In this document: positions 15,088-24,684 of the stretch, piece after piece
Layout: every line of letters begins with the position of its first letter
How positions within the stretch are numbered: the stretch's first letter is position 1
From: an uncultured bacterium
GTDB lineage: Bacteria; Auribacterota; JACPWU01
Assembly (NCBI GenBank): GCA_964640155.1
Contig: CAZXEQ010000006.1
Location: forward strand, 129,013-161,012
DNA length: 32,000 bases
Direction of reading: 5' to 3'
Position numbers and translations under genes: made by a program
Notes under the pieces: model-generated
What the model saw: only the letters and a program-made list of their open reading frames with translations
What the model was told of the DNA's origin: nothing
Database searches by the model: none

Positions 15088-16170
15088 ATGAGCGGAAATA
15101 TTTTTGGACAACTTTTTAGAATTTCAACATGGGGGGAATCTCATGGCGGTGGTATTGGTGTCGTCATTGATGGATGTCCCCCTCGCATTCCTATTTCTAT
15201 AGAAGAAATTCAATGGGAACTCAATCGACGTCGCCCGGGTCAAAGTAAAGTCACGACTCAACGTCAGGAAGAAGATGCCATAGAAATTCTTTCTGGCATT
15301 TTCGAAGGACAAACCCTTGGAACACCTATCTCCCTCATGGTTCGAAACAAAGATGCTCGTTCAGAAGATTATGCTGTTTTTAAAGACACATTCCGTCCCA
15401 GTCATGCTGATTTCACCTATGAACAAAAATATGGCATTCGAAATTGGCAAGGAGGCGGACGAGCCAGTGCAAGAGAAACCATTGGTCGTGTAGCTGCCGG
15501 AGCCATTGCAAAAAAAATTTTACAAGGTAAATGTGGAATAAATATTTTAGCGTATGTTAAGCAAATTCATCATATCTCTTGCGAAACGAATCTTAATACC
15601 CTTTCTTATGAGCAAATAGAATCCAATATCGTTCGATGCCCTGATAAAGCTACAGCTGAAAAAATGATTAACCTCATAGAAGAAACGGGAAAAAAAGGTG
15701 ATTCTTTGGGTGGAGTCATCGAAGCTGTTGCCCGAAACGTCCCTGCTGGATTGGGAGATCCTGTCTTTGACAAATTAGAAGCAGATTTGGCTAAATCGAT
15801 GATGAGTCTTCCTGCCACCAAAGGGTTTGAAATAGGTTCTGGCTTTTCAGGCTCTCAAATGATGGGCTCTGAACATAATGATGCCTTTTATACTGAGGAT
15901 GGAAAAGTACGGACAAAAACGAATCGTTCAGGAGGTGTACAAGGTGGTATTTCCAACGGAGAAAATATTGTCATTCGAGTAGCTTTTAAACCGACCGCTA
16001 CCATTCGACAAATTCAAGATACAGTCACAAAAGAAGGCAGCTCTGTCAAACTTTCAGCTCCTGGTCGGCATGACCCTTGCGTTCTACCCCGTGCTGTTCC
16101 TATGGTAGAAGCCATGATGGCCCTTGTTCTGGTGGATCACTTCTTAAGACAACAGGCTCAATGCTCGTAA
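15088..16170 (+). CDS. aroC: Chorismate synthase
   Basis: 360 aa. [44 protein letters not shown] and GRHDPCV are hallmark chorismate synthase motifs. Confidence 0.95.
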   Translation: MSGNIFGQLFRISTWGESHGGGIGVVIDGCPPRIPISIEEIQWELNRRRPGQSKVTTQRQEEDAIEILSGIFEGQTLGTPISLMVRNKDARSEDYAVFKDTFRPSHADFTYEQKYGIRNWQGGGRASARETIGRVAAGAIAKKILQGKCGINILAYVKQIHHISCETNLNTLSYEQIESNIVRCPDKATAEKMINLIEETGKKGDSLGGVIEAVARNVPAGLGDPVFDKLEADLAKSMMSLPATKGFEIGSGFSGSQMMGSEHNDAFYTEDGKVRTKTNRSGGVQGGISNGENIVIRVAFKPTATIRQIQDTVTKEGSSVKLSAPGRHDPCVLPRAVPMVEAMMALVLVDHFLRQQAQCS

Positions 16171-16280
16171 AGTGAGTGGACAGAGAATAGATAAAACAAA
16201 ACACTTATCTTAGTTGTAGACTAATTTAAAACGAAAATGCTGAACAATTCCCCATTCCCTATATCCACTCCACAGATTTT

Positions 16281-16604
16281 TTAAGCTGGAGAAGAAGGCT
16301 CAGACTGTTTTGCAAGATTACCTAGCATGGTATCCACCATTTTCTTCATTTCTTTGCCAGGTTTAAAATAAGGAACATTTTTGGCAGGAATTTTTACTTC
16401 TTGTTCAGGCTTGTTTGGATTTCGTCCCACGCGTGCATCTCGATGTTTAATCATAAACACACCAAAATTGCGTAATTCTACTTTGTCATTTCTTCCTAAA
16501 CTTTCAATAATATAATCCAATGTTTTTTGTATGACATCTTTAACTGCAATTTGAGGAACACCCGTTTCATTCGCAATACGAATCGCCAAATCTCTTTTTG
16601 TCAT
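16281..16604 (-). CDS. HU/IHF-family DNA-bending protein with a short C-terminal extension
   Basis: 107 aa. LRNFGVF..RVGRNPNKPEQEVKIPAKNVPYFKPGKEMK (beta-arm with the conserved Pro). SD GAGGAGGG lies 6 nt upstream of the ATG. Confidence 0.9.
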   Translation of the reverse strand: MTKRDLAIRIANETGVPQIAVKDVIQKTLDYIIESLGRNDKVELRNFGVFMIKHRDARVGRNPNKPEQEVKIPAKNVPYFKPGKEMKKMVDTMLGNLAKQSEPSSPA

Positions 16605-16622
16605 TTTAAACCCTCCTCTAAA

Positions 16623-17102
16623 TCAAGGTGAATGCTTAAATTTTTCCCCCACATAATAAACAATCAATAGAACCGTAATCACAAACACAATAATCACAAC
16701 TGGATTTTTGAAAAACCGCCGAATTCCATGTCCTGTTTCTTCTTTCTCTCTGGCTGCTTCATATTTTCCAAGTTGACCGTGCATCAAAATAAAAAGATGA
16801 TGCCATTGGGCATCAATTCTTTTAACTTGAGTTGGTGTTAACGTTAAATAGTCTTTCAAAGAGATAATTTGACTTAAAATACCCATCACTTCTTCAGTAA
16901 AATGACTTTCAAATCCTAAAACCTCACTAAGACGGGCTTGTTGATGAGCAATATCTGTTTTTAAAGAAAGAAAGTTTTGTTCTAACTCGTCAGAGGTTTT
17001 TTTATTTTGAGAAACAGAGGTGAGAATATCGTAGAAACTTTTCCACAAACCAATAAAGGTTTCAAGAAGAGGAATACTTTGTTGTAAGTGCTTAGCTCCC
17101 AA
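16623..17102 (-). CDS. Hypothetical helical protein with a C-terminal TM anchor
   Basis: 159-aa ORF. TTG start is supported by a perfect GGAGG with a 6-nt spacer. C-terminal VVIIVFVITVLLIVYYV. It ends 18 nt upstream of the HU/IHF gene, so the two are probably co-transcribed. Confidence 0.6.
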   Translation of the reverse strand: MGAKHLQQSIPLLETFIGLWKSFYDILTSVSQNKKTSDELEQNFLSLKTDIAHQQARLSEVLGFESHFTEEVMGILSQIISLKDYLTLTPTQVKRIDAQWHHLFILMHGQLGKYEAAREKEETGHGIRRFFKNPVVIIVFVITVLLIVYYVGEKFKHSP

Positions 17103-17251
17103 AATGATCCTCCAAAATGGATTCTATATTTTGAGCGTAACATGCAGCTTAATCTGTGTCAAGAAAAATACCCATACTGTTTTATCCTGTATACACCGTA
17201 ACAAACTCCATCGTTTCTAAAGTTTTTATTTTAGAAAAAATTAAAAATACA

Positions 17252-17280
17252 TTGACCAAGCTATCTAAAACATTGATAAT
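17252..17280 (+). promoter_or_regulatory. Strong sigma70-type promoter for the efflux operon (TTGACC-17-GATAAT) with an A/T-rich upstream tract
   Basis: TTGACC 17252-57, 17-nt spacer, GATAAT 17275-80. An A/T-rich UP-like tract sits at 17221-17250. The promoter is about 49 nt upstream of GTG 17329. Confidence 0.55.
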
Positions 17281-17328
17281 AATTTAGTTTTACTTAAGAA
17301 ACCAACTTTAGCTTTTCAAGGCTTTTTA

Positions 17329-19905
17329 GTGAACAAGGGGCGGCGCTTGAAACGGCATCATTCTTTTTTGCTTTTTATTTCAACTATTTTTACATTACTT
17401 ACTTTCTTTTCTTCTACTATTACCATTGCTTCAGAAACGCAAAACCCTTCAAAACCTAACAGCAAAAGTTCTTCCCCTATCTCAAAGATTTCTCCCGATG
17501 CTCTTGTAAGACAAGGAAAAGTTGCTTATCGCAAAAAGAATTATTCAGAAGCACTTGAAAAATGGTCGCTCGCTTTAAAAGAGAGACCTCACGATAAAGA
17601 AATCTCTAAACTCGTAGTCATGGCTCAAGAAAAAACAAACAAACCTTCACCTCAAAATCAAGAAGCCATCGAAAATCCTTCATCTACGACTTTAAACCAA
17701 ACCATTCCTCCTCATAAGAAAAAAGCTTTTGTTAATAATCAATTACGCATCGGGAAACAAGCCTATCGAAAGAAAGATTTTAAGGCTGCATACATTGCTC
17801 TTAAAAAAGGGGCCGAGGTTGATCCTAAGAATACAGAGATACAACAACTGATTCATTCTATTATTGAGAAAACACCTAACATGGAAGAAGTCTTGATCAA
17901 CGATGCTGAAGAGGCAAAACAAAAACTCAAACAAGAAGAAGAAAAACAGGCACAAGCAAAAGCCAACCGCGCAGCTTCGATTGCTTCTGGAGAAAACGCT
18001 TTTCTTCCACTTAATTCTAGTTTTGAAACCCTTCCCACAGAAGGAACTCCCCTCACGCTTGAACAATGTATCATGATTGCAAGAGGTAATAGTCTTTCTG
18101 TTAAAATCGCCCGTGAAGAAGCAGCCCTTGCCCGCTGGAAAATGGCTCCGGCCAGAAGAGCTTTATGGCCCTCTGCCGATGTTTTTTACAAATCAACCAG
18201 CGGAACAGCAGGCAGTGATCAAAATCAAGACTTTGAGGGAACTGAATATGCCTTTGAATTCCAAAAACCCTTAATTACCTGGGGTAAAAATAAGGCACTT
18301 TTTCTTCAAGCCAAATTGAATTGGGAAATTGCAAAGAGAAATCTTCAGAAAGAAGTTGCAGAACTGGATTTCAAAGTTGAGCAAGCTTATTTCATTCTTT
18401 CAAATTCATTCAGAGATCTGCAAGACCTACACCTCCTATATGAAGAAACGCAAAAAGATTTAAAAGTTGCAGAACAACGTTACAAACTTGAATTGGTTAG
18501 AGAACTGGAATGGCTCAAAGCAAAATCTAAAGTAGATGAAATCTACTATCGCGCTCAAGGGGCAGAAAAAGATTATATCTTGGCCCAACTTACTTTGTCC
18601 CAAATTTTAGACACACGAAGCTCTTCTGCTTTCTCTGTTCAAGCCACTCTTGGCACCTATGATTTAGAAGCAAGCCTTGATCAATGTGTAGATCTTGCTC
18701 TCAAAAACAGATCTGACCTTGTTGTGAACGAACTCTTGATCGAATACAACAAACTAGGGCAAAAAATTGCCAGGAGCGAGTATAAATGGAATGTTAATTT
18801 AGAAGGCATGGTGGGAATGAATGATGAAGCCTTTCTCTCAGAAACTAAAGAACTTCAAAATGAATATTTTTTTGGCGTCAAGGTCACAAAACCTTTTGGA
18901 CCTCATACTTTCGAAGATAATTTTGTAACTGAAAATAAAGTCCCCAGTGCAGGCCAAATCACTTCCACAGAATTCACCAGTAATACACTGAAATGGTATC
19001 TATGGAACAATACATCTAAAATAAGCATGAAAGAAGCGGACATCAAATATCTCAAAGCCATTGATGAATATGTCAAAAAACGCAACTCTGTCATTTTTGA
19101 AATTAAAAAAGCTTATTATGAATACCAAAAAGCCAGGCATCAGCTTTCCAACAATGTTCAAAAATTAAAAATAGCAGAACAGGAAGTAAAGGTTTCTGTT
19201 GCTCGGCTTGGATTAAATGAAATTTTAGATTCCGAACTTTTAGAAACCAAAGATCGTTTAGCTAGAACAAAAGCAGAATATGGTCAAACACTCTCTGGTT
19301 ACTATACCGCCATTGCCAATTTGAATAAAGCAATCGGTTTAACAGATTATTTCGATCTAAAACGAGGAATTCAAGACAACACTGAAGGAACAGATGCAGA
19401 AGCATGGAAAGGCTTTTTAAATGCCCCTGGTGAAATAGGAAGTCTTCCCAATACTTCTGGATATCAATTAGAGGGTAAAAAGTCATGGTGGCAGTTTTGG
19501 GGAAATAGCTCAAGTAATGCAAGCGCACAACCCAAAACAACACAAGATCTCGTAGAAAAAACAACCGATGAAGGTGTTAATTTCTACAAACAAGGTAAAT
19601 ACCCGCAAGCCCAAGCTAAATTTGAAACAGCATTAAATCTAGACTCTCGCCATATTAAAGCTCAAAGCTACTTAAGAAAAACAAAACTCAAAATGGGACA
19701 AGAAGTTGAAAGCTTTGGACCTAAGCTCAATGTAACGCCCAAAACTTCTGAAATAGATCAATGGACTCAAAAAGGGTTAAAACTTTACGAACAAAAACAA
19801 TACGAGCAAGCTATTCAAACTTGGAATAAAGCACTTGAACTAGATCCTCAAAATCGCCGAGTGCAAGTTTATATTCGAAGAGCAAAAAACAAAATAGTTA
19901 AGTAG
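17329..19905 (+). CDS. TolC-like outer-membrane efflux protein (OMF) flanked by N- and C-terminal TPR modules
   Basis: 858 aa. Signal peptide. TPR-like units (GKVAYRKKNYSEALEKWSLALKERP; GKQAYRKKDFKAAYIALKKGAEVDP). OEP-type core starting at LTLEQCIMIARGNSLSVKIAREEAALARWK. C-terminal TPR units (FYKQGKYPQAQAKFETALNLD; LYEQKQYEQAIQTWNKALELDP). Confidence 0.85.
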   Translation: MNKGRRLKRHHSFLLFISTIFTLLTFFSSTITIASETQNPSKPNSKSSSPISKISPDALVRQGKVAYRKKNYSEALEKWSLALKERPHDKEISKLVVMAQEKTNKPSPQNQEAIENPSSTTLNQTIPPHKKKAFVNNQLRIGKQAYRKKDFKAAYIALKKGAEVDPKNTEIQQLIHSIIEKTPNMEEVLINDAEEAKQKLKQEEEKQAQAKANRAASIASGENAFLPLNSSFETLPTEGTPLTLEQCIMIARGNSLSVKIAREEAALARWKMAPARRALWPSADVFYKSTSGTAGSDQNQDFEGTEYAFEFQKPLITWGKNKALFLQAKLNWEIAKRNLQKEVAELDFKVEQAYFILSNSFRDLQDLHLLYEETQKDLKVAEQRYKLELVRELEWLKAKSKVDEIYYRAQGAEKDYILAQLTLSQILDTRSSSAFSVQATLGTYDLEASLDQCVDLALKNRSDLVVNELLIEYNKLGQKIARSEYKWNVNLEGMVGMNDEAFLSETKELQNEYFFGVKVTKPFGPHTFEDNFVTENKVPSAGQITSTEFTSNTLKWYLWNNTSKISMKEADIKYLKAIDEYVKKRNSVIFEIKKAYYEYQKARHQLSNNVQKLKIAEQEVKVSVARLGLNEILDSELLETKDRLARTKAEYGQTLSGYYTAIANLNKAIGLTDYFDLKRGIQDNTEGTDAEAWKGFLNAPGEIGSLPNTSGYQLEGKKSWWQFWGNSSSNASAQPKTTQDLVEKTTDEGVNFYKQGKYPQAQAKFETALNLDSRHIKAQSYLRKTKLKMGQEVESFGPKLNVTPKTSEIDQWTQKGLKLYEQKQYEQAIQTWNKALELDPQNRRVQVYIRRAKNKIVK

Positions 19906-19953
19906 AACGCTTTCAAGGGTTCAAAGACATTTTTAACGTAAGGAGTATACGCA

Positions 19954-21234
19954 ATGCTTAAAAAATCGCGTACAGCGAGAACCATTACCCTCATAGTGAT
20001 TGCCGTCGTTTTAGTTTTTGCTCAGGTGAAGTTTAAAATTTTTACTCTTATCAAAGAAAAACTCTCTGGGAAGAAAACGGAACAGCCTGCAAAAACTACC
20101 CCTCCCAAAGAAGATGAAACAAAAGAGCAAAAAGACAAGGAAGATAAAGGGGGGAAAGATAAACCCCAAGAAGAAGAACAGGAGCCTGTCGCTGTAAAAG
20201 TCATGAAAGCTCAAAAATCTGATTTTCAAGATCTCCTCCCTGTTCTTGGAACAGTTGAAGGACTTTCTGAAATTGATTTAAAATTTGAATTGCCAGGGGT
20301 ATTAGAGTTTTTCAATTTCAAGGAAGGCGATCACGTAAAAAAAGGTGACGTTATTGCTCGCCAAGACAATAAAGACGCCCTTCTGAAGGTAAAATATCGT
20401 AAGGCTAAACTTGACGTTGCTCAAACCGCTGTTGATCAAACCAAGAAAAAGCTAGAGATTTATCAAAATCTTTATGATATTGGCGCCATTATTAAGTCGA
20501 AACTTGAAGAAACACAGCTCGAAGTGGACAATAAACAAAAAGAATATGATGCAGCAAAAATTGAAGTTGCTTCCTCCAAACAAGAACTCTCAAAAACCTA
20601 TATGAAGAGCCCTATTGATGGGGTATTAGGTACTCGTGATGCAGACCCCGGAGAATATGTTACTTCTAATTCCGAGGTTGTCAGTGTTATTGATACTACA
20701 GAAGTCTATGCCAAAGTCGGCATTGTAGAAAGAGACATCAATAAAGTTCAAAAAGATCAGGCGGGAAAATTTTTCCTTGATACCTACCCCAATAAATCTT
20801 TTGATGGCATTGTAGATATTGTTACTCCTATGATCAAAGGGAAAAGTCGTACCTTGACTGTCAAAGTAAAGGTTTCTAATCCTGAAAATCTCTTGGTTCC
20901 CGGTATGTTTACGCGAGGCACAATCACTGTTTTTTCCAAGAAAGATACTTATGTTGTTCCTATTAAAGCTGTAGAAACTTCAGGTGAAGAATCTTTTGTT
21001 TTTGTGGTGGATGAAAAAAATATTGCTCATCAAAGACCTATTAAAACAGGGTATATCACTATTGATGAAGTTCAGATCGATGAAGGAATTGCAGAGGGTG
21101 ATTTAGTGGTCACCGACACACCTATTAAATTAAAAGAGGGTGCCCCTGTCAAAATCACTGAAAAAGAAGAAGCCAGTGGTGAGGCCCCCGTTGGAGTTGG
21201 TGCTGAAATCGGGGAAGAGAAGAAGGAATCATAA
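19954..21234 (+). CDS. RND-type membrane fusion protein (HlyD/AcrA family) with a Lys/Glu/Asp-rich linker
   Basis: 426 aa. N-terminal TM, then the low-complexity tract KTEQPAKTTPPKEDETKEQKDKEDKGGKDKPQEEEQEP. Lipoyl/hairpin/beta-barrel pattern (GDHVKKGDVIARQD, SPIDGVLG). SD AAGGAG. Confidence 0.88.
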   Translation: MLKKSRTARTITLIVIAVVLVFAQVKFKIFTLIKEKLSGKKTEQPAKTTPPKEDETKEQKDKEDKGGKDKPQEEEQEPVAVKVMKAQKSDFQDLLPVLGTVEGLSEIDLKFELPGVLEFFNFKEGDHVKKGDVIARQDNKDALLKVKYRKAKLDVAQTAVDQTKKKLEIYQNLYDIGAIIKSKLEETQLEVDNKQKEYDAAKIEVASSKQELSKTYMKSPIDGVLGTRDADPGEYVTSNSEVVSVIDTTEVYAKVGIVERDINKVQKDQAGKFFLDTYPNKSFDGIVDIVTPMIKGKSRTLTVKVKVSNPENLLVPGMFTRGTITVFSKKDTYVVPIKAVETSGEESFVFVVDEKNIAHQRPIKTGYITIDEVQIDEGIAEGDLVVTDTPIKLKEGAPVKITEKEEASGEAPVGVGAEIGEEKKES

Positions 21235-21238
21235 AAGT

Positions 21239-21338
21239 AGTGAATAGGGTTTAGTGAATTGTGGATAGTGAAAGACAAAAAAGTTAGAAAAATTCGTTAA
21301 TAGATCAATGTTCACTCCGCAGTTTTTATGCAATTCAC
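21239..21338 (+). repeat. AGTGAA motif array in the MFP-RND intercistronic gap: three direct copies at 14-nt period plus two inverted copies
   Basis: AGTGAA at 21239, 21253 and 21267. TTCACT at 21311-16 and ATTCAC at 21333-38. GTGAATTG (21255-62) is complementary to CAATTCAC (21331-38). Confidence 0.5.
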
Positions 21339-21394
21339 AAACTTTGACACATGATCACAATTACAAAACCACGATCTAAAAATAACGAGCGAAA

Positions 21395-24300
21395 ATGAGC
21401 ATTGCTGAATTTTCTGTACGTAAACCTGTCACCATCATGATGATTTTTTTTGGGATGGTGTTTCTGGGCATGGTTTGTGTCGCCAAACTCCCCCAGGAAT
21501 TGCTTCCAGAAATCAGCTATCCCCAGCTGACCGTTGTTACAAGCTATGCCAATGCTGCCCCTGAAGAAGTAGAAACCCTTATTACCAAAGTCATTGAAGA
21601 ATCCATTGCCACTGTCAGAAATCTGACCCGTATTCATTCAAGTTCGAAAGAAGGTATTTCCTTAGTGACAGCTGAATTCACTTGGGATACGAACATGGAT
21701 TTTGCAGCCTTGGCCATGCGCGAAAAGATTGATCTTATCAAAGAAAGGCTTCCCCGCGATGCGGATGAGCCCATTGTAAAAAAGATTAATCCTCTTGCAA
21801 AACCCATGATGCTTTTAAGTATCACCGGAAATTATCCCCTTGAAGAAATTTTAAGAATCACCAAAAAATTTATTAAAGATAAACTTGAAAAAACAGAAGG
21901 TGTTGCTTCAGCTGGAATCAGCGGCGGTCAAGAAAGAGAAATTTTAATCGAAGTAGACAAAACCAAACTTAAAGCAGTCAATATTGACCTCCTTGAAATT
22001 TCAAAAGCCCTTAAAAATTCTAATTTAAACTATCCTGCAGGTTCTACTAAAGAAAAATTTTATGAATATCTAATTCGAACGATTGGTGAATTTCAATCTG
22101 TTAAAGAAATTGGGGATACTGTTATTGGTCTAGATGATCAAGAAAAGGCCATTGGAGAACAAGAATCTTTCTCTCCTCAGGCACGTCAAGCCCAAGAAAA
22201 AGGAAAATATCATCGTCTTGTCCAACTCAAAGATGTGGCAAAGATTGCAGACACCTTTAAAGAAGTAGAAAGCTTCTCAAGATACAATGGCCATGAAAAC
22301 ATCTCTATTACTGTTCAAAAACAACCTGCAGCCAATTCCATTCTTACTGTTAAAAAAGTAAAACAACAACTCGATCTTTTACAACCGAGTTTACCTAAGG
22401 GGATAAAAATAGATATTGTTTATGATGAGTCTATTTTCATTAGCGAATCGATTCATGGTATCGCAGATGACGGTATACAAGGTGTAATGCTTGCCTTCGG
22501 CGTATTGTTTTTCTTTTTAAAAAGATTCTGGCCCGCTTTAATCGTCTCCCTTACAATTCCAGCAGGGTTTATGTTTGTCTTGATCTGTATGTTTTTTGCA
22601 GGAGTAAGCCTAAATATTGTGAGTTTGATGGGACTTGCCCTCTCCATTGGAGGTATTGCAGATGCCCCTATCGTTGTTTTGGAGAACATTTATCGTCACA
22701 GAAGCGAGCTTAATGAAGATGCAACTGTTTCTACCATCAAGGGAACCGATGAAGTAGCCACAGCAGTCACAGGGGGATCTCTAACCGCTATGGCTGTCTT
22801 CTTTCCAATGATTTTTCTTTCAGGAGTAGAAGGACAACTCTTAAAACAATTGGCTTTCTCTGTCATCTTTTGTAATGCAGCTTCCAACCTTCTTTGCTTA
22901 ACCCTTGTTCCTAAACTTGCTGCTCAGGGAAAACGTGTTCAAATAGAAAAACCTTCCAAGTTTTCAAAATTTGTTGATCGAACAATGGATAAGGTAAGAA
23001 ATGGTTATGGATCTATCTTAGATTCCTTTTTAAAACATAAATGGCTTTTTCTTGGACTCACCATTCTCCTTTTTTTCATGGCCAGTTGGCTCATGGGAAA
23101 ATTAGATCAAGAACTTCTTCCTAAAGTGGACAAAGGACAATTTATCATTGAAGCAAAACTTAAGACAGGAACTCGAATTGAGATTACGAACAATCTTATT
23201 TTAAATCTTGAAAAAATAGTTTCTCAAATTCCAGAGTTAGATAGTTATTCTGTAAATGTGGGATCTGATAAGACAAAAGCAGCGGAAGGTGCTGAAACAT
23301 TAGGTTCGCATGAAGGAATGATTATTATTTCACTGAAAGAAAAATCGCAAAGAAAGCGTTCCACTAATGAAGTGATACAAAACATCAAAAAAGAGTTTGA
23401 AAAAGTTAACCTTAAAGGGGCTGAAATCAATTATGTTTCTGAGGAATCTCTTTTTGGAAATGCACTGGGGGGTGGTGCAGCAATTACCGTTGAACTTTTA
23501 GGAAATGAACTGGATGTTTTAGAAAATCTTGCTCGAGAAGTTGAACATGGACTCAAAAACATTCAAGGGGTGTATGGTGTACGTGATAGCATTCCTGAAA
23601 AAGCACCTGAGACAAAAATCTTTATCAATAAAGATAAAGCGGGTCTTTACGATCTTTCAGCCAATGATATTGCCTTAACTGCCCAAATGGCTATTAAAGG
23701 AATTATTGCTTCAAATTATAAAGAAGAAGGAGCAGAATATCCGATCCGTGTCCGTTTAAGAGAGAGAGATACAGATGCAACTTCAAAAATAAATGATTTA
23801 TGGATTCATTCTCCTCAAGGGGTAGAAATCCCTATTAAAGCAATGGCAAAATTACAAGTTGGAAAATCTCCGAGTGAAGTAAGAAGACTGGAGCAACGTC
23901 GCTCTGTTTTTGTGTATGCCAATCTTTATCAAAGAAAGCTCTCTGACGTTGAAAAAGAAATTTCAGAATTTTTGAAGAAGATGCACTTACCTGAAGATTA
24001 TACCGTTCGATTAGGTGGAGAAAGTGCTGAAAGAGCTAAATCTCTAAGCGCTTTACTCACAACCATTCTCATGTCGATTCTTTTAATTTATATGATTATG
24101 GCGAGTCAGTTCGAATCTCTTATTCAACCTTTTTTAATTATGTTCTCCATCCCCTTCTCTGTTATTGGAGTTTCTATTGCGCTCTTCTTAACAGGAACAT
24201 CCGTTAATATCTTCTCCATGCTAGGGTTTATTACTCTTGGAGGTATGGTCACTAATAACGCCATTGTTATGTTTGAATATATGAATGATTTAAGAGCGGA

Positions 24301-24571
24301 AGGGACTCCTCTTTTACAAGCAGTTAAGCAAGCATGCACCATACGACTTCGTCCTATTCTAATGAGTACGCTTGTAACCCTCATCGGTCTTCTTCCTCTT
24401 GCATTAGGCTTAGGCGAAGGAGGAGAATTAAAGTCTCCTTTAGCAATCACCGTTGTAGGAGGTCTTTTTGTTTCTACCTGTCTTACTCTATTTCTTATTC
24501 CAACCTTCTATATTATCGTTGAAGGATTTTTAGATAAATTTAGAAAAAAAGAAATTAGTAATAAGTTGTAA
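21395..24571 (+). CDS. RND efflux transporter (AcrB/AcrD/AcrF superfamily), paralogue 1
   Basis: 1058 aa, 12-TM architecture with two large periplasmic loops. N-terminus FSVRKPVTIMMIFFGMV, and RLRPILMSTLVTLIGLLPLAL in TM11. Confidence 0.92.
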   Translation: MSIAEFSVRKPVTIMMIFFGMVFLGMVCVAKLPQELLPEISYPQLTVVTSYANAAPEEVETLITKVIEESIATVRNLTRIHSSSKEGISLVTAEFTWDTNMDFAALAMREKIDLIKERLPRDADEPIVKKINPLAKPMMLLSITGNYPLEEILRITKKFIKDKLEKTEGVASAGISGGQEREILIEVDKTKLKAVNIDLLEISKALKNSNLNYPAGSTKEKFYEYLIRTIGEFQSVKEIGDTVIGLDDQEKAIGEQESFSPQARQAQEKGKYHRLVQLKDVAKIADTFKEVESFSRYNGHENISITVQKQPAANSILTVKKVKQQLDLLQPSLPKGIKIDIVYDESIFISESIHGIADDGIQGVMLAFGVLFFFLKRFWPALIVSLTIPAGFMFVLICMFFAGVSLNIVSLMGLALSIGGIADAPIVVLENIYRHRSELNEDATVSTIKGTDEVATAVTGGSLTAMAVFFPMIFLSGVEGQLLKQLAFSVIFCNAASNLLCLTLVPKLAAQGKRVQIEKPSKFSKFVDRTMDKVRNGYGSILDSFLKHKWLFLGLTILLFFMASWLMGKLDQELLPKVDKGQFIIEAKLKTGTRIEITNNLILNLEKIVSQIPELDSYSVNVGSDKTKAAEGAETLGSHEGMIIISLKEKSQRKRSTNEVIQNIKKEFEKVNLKGAEINYVSEESLFGNALGGGAAITVELLGNELDVLENLAREVEHGLKNIQGVYGVRDSIPEKAPETKIFINKDKAGLYDLSANDIALTAQMAIKGIIASNYKEEGAEYPIRVRLRERDTDATSKINDLWIHSPQGVEIPIKAMAKLQVGKSPSEVRRLEQRRSVFVYANLYQRKLSDVEKEISEFLKKMHLPEDYTVRLGGESAERAKSLSALLTTILMSILLIYMIMASQFESLIQPFLIMFSIPFSVIGVSIALFLTGTSVNIFSMLGFITLGGMVTNNAIVMFEYMNDLRAEGTPLLQAVKQACTIRLRPILMSTLVTLIGLLPLALGLGEGGELKSPLAITVVGGLFVSTCLTLFLIPTFYIIVEGFLDKFRKKEISNKL

Positions 24572-24684
24572 GTCTTTAGTAAAATTTATTACAACGCTTT
24601 GAATGTTTTTTTCTTATAATTGAAAACTCATGCTGTTATAGTCCTCTCGTGGGATACTACTTATAACTGTTTTAAAGGTTTTAT

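Noticed and set aside
21344-21349. Perfect TTGACA hexamer upstream of RND paralogue 1, as an internal promoter.
   Set aside because: No acceptable -10 hexamer lies at 16-18 nt spacing (AACCAC/ACCACG), so a sigma70 promoter cannot be supported from sequence.
24572-24684. 113-nt gap between the two RND genes, as a regulatory element or promoter (TTGAAT .. TATAAT).
   Set aside because: The hexamers are only 10 nt apart, so the spacing is wrong. Only weak imperfect inverted repeats are present (GTTATAG / CTTATAAC). There is not enough to support a call.
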